DNA of 62,555 nucleotides, filler included, from Collodictyon triciliatum (Eukaryota), in assembly GCA_043381765.1 (NCBI GenBank). It is 5 parts of 5 records of this genome, joined end to end, with 100 filler letters (N's around TTAATTAATTAA, not from the genome) between each part and the next. Parts side by side here need not be neighbours in the genome. Positions count along the whole stretch, not along the records: positions 49,949 to 62,555 come from JBHJMP010000166.1; 4 more parts are not named here. One strand, written 5' to 3'. Shown one piece after another: positions 61,260 to 62,555 of this stretch (the first letter of the stretch is position 1; each line of letters begins with the position of its first letter). The position numbers were made by a program, and so were the translations under genes. The notes beneath the pieces were generated by a model. The model saw only the letters and a program-made list of their open reading frames with translations. It was not told the origin of the DNA and did no database searches.

Positions 61260-62475
61260 TTATTGTGGAATCTCCTTTTCGATTTGTCTCAGGATGGCAT
61301 CAAACTCAACAAACATGTGGGAGACCTTCAATACCTTCGGTGAAGTGAGTTCGCGTTAATGTACATATATGCGAACGGTGCACAAGCAGTTGGTGGATGT
61401 GTATTGAGGTCTTTGTGTATGCTTAATGATTCGTTTGTGGTATAAGTGAATATGAAAATATGTGAATCCCTATGGCCGCTGTAAGGAGAAAAAAAATGGA
61501 GAATGATGGAGGGTACAAAAGAGAGAATAAACGAATAAAAAAAAATAAAGGAATTATCTGAGAGGATGTTAATTGCGTTAACCTAAGAACATCTAAAAAA
61601 TAATAATAATGGAATAGTAATAATAATAGAGGAATAGGAATAGGAATAGGAATAGGAATAGGAATAGGAATAGGAATAGGAATAGGAATAGGAATAGGAA
61701 TAGGAATAGGAATAGGAATAGGAATAGGAAAAATAAAAAAGCACGTTTTGGGGTCTTACAATGTCTTGATAATTTTCCATGAGCGATTGCAATTGCATCG
61801 TTTGCTCCAATGCCTCTGCATGTAGGTTCGATAAATGTTGTTCCCCTTGACTCACACGCTCATTAAAACCTGCCAATTCTTGGTTCGAGATGTAAGAGAG
61901 AATGCAGATACAGAAACGTGTGAATTATTGTTCTGAAGTTAACTCTTAAAAGTAAAATAATTGTCTTGCGTTGGATAGTATATTTCATATTAGCAGCAAC
62001 ACCCACTATCACATTCCGCCATCTTTCTAATTACCTTGAAAACAATTCGAATACATCACCGGTTGAAGCTCACTCATCACCGAAAGGGCTTTGTTCATTT
62101 TGATGATAGAGTCCAAGGCTAAGCTCAAGTATGTTTTGCGGCTGGATATGGAGATAAGTGATGTGTCTGGATAGCCTACAATGCTGGGGTTCTGTTTGGT
62201 TGCTGCTTCATCTGCGAATGAGTTATATCTGGTGAGAACCAATGTGTGCGAAGGAGAGAGGCTTCATCGCTGAGGCGCGTGCGTTAAGGGCTCTTTCCCT
62301 ACTGTGCTTTAAAGCCTTTCTTACAATGGTGCATGAAGTTCTGTATTTCGTGAATCCTCGAGCGAATCGAGATCCAAAGATCCTGGGCATGGGAATAGCT
62401 CTTCAGGCCATCCTGTTGTGTGAGAGACTCGAGGTGCTCCAAGCGCTGCTCTAGTCTGGCCAGACTCGCCTCCAT
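61260..62475 (-). CDS. DCTN3: Dynactin subunit 3 (p22/p24)-like coiled-coil protein
   Basis: Four exons, ~190 aa: MEASLARLEQRLEHLESL at the N-terminus and QSLMENYQDI|VLKVSHMFVEFDAILRQIE at the C-terminus, matching the p22 pattern. Confidence 0.65.
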
Positions 62476-62555
62476 CTGCTTCTTGTTTTTTGTTTGTTTG
62501 TTTGTTTGTTTGTTTGTTTTTTTTGTTTGTTTTTTTTTTGTTTGTTTTTTTTGTT

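Overview
An AT-rich, intron-dense eukaryotic (protist-like) genomic window with many microsatellites and assembly gaps. Four of the gaps contain an artificial TTAATTAATTAA linker. Recognisable spliced genes are: the end of a PMCA-type Ca2+-ATPase, a MAP kinase with a TVY activation loop, an SDR, a NUDT14-like Nudix hydrolase, formate-tetrahydrofolate ligase, a cullin, a PKD2/TRPP channel fused to RyR repeats, a DysF-domain/Qa-SNARE fusion, a trihelix-like protein, pecanex, ATM1/ABCB7 and dynactin p22. The main accessory feature is mid-window and largely missed by the ORF track. It is a decayed Fanzor1 (TnpB-derived, RNA-guided RuvC nuclease) on the minus strand (~29980-31975) with all three RuvC acidic motifs and a zinc finger still readable. 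A cluster of hairpins at its 3' end is the candidate omega-RNA scaffold. Next to it lies an intronless, frameshifted WD40 gene with a predicted signal peptide. The window also has seven ultra-short poly(A)-tailed retroposed inserts with target-site duplications, and a LINE ORF1 remnant. Exon boundaries were read by eye and family calls come from recalled motifs, not database searches.
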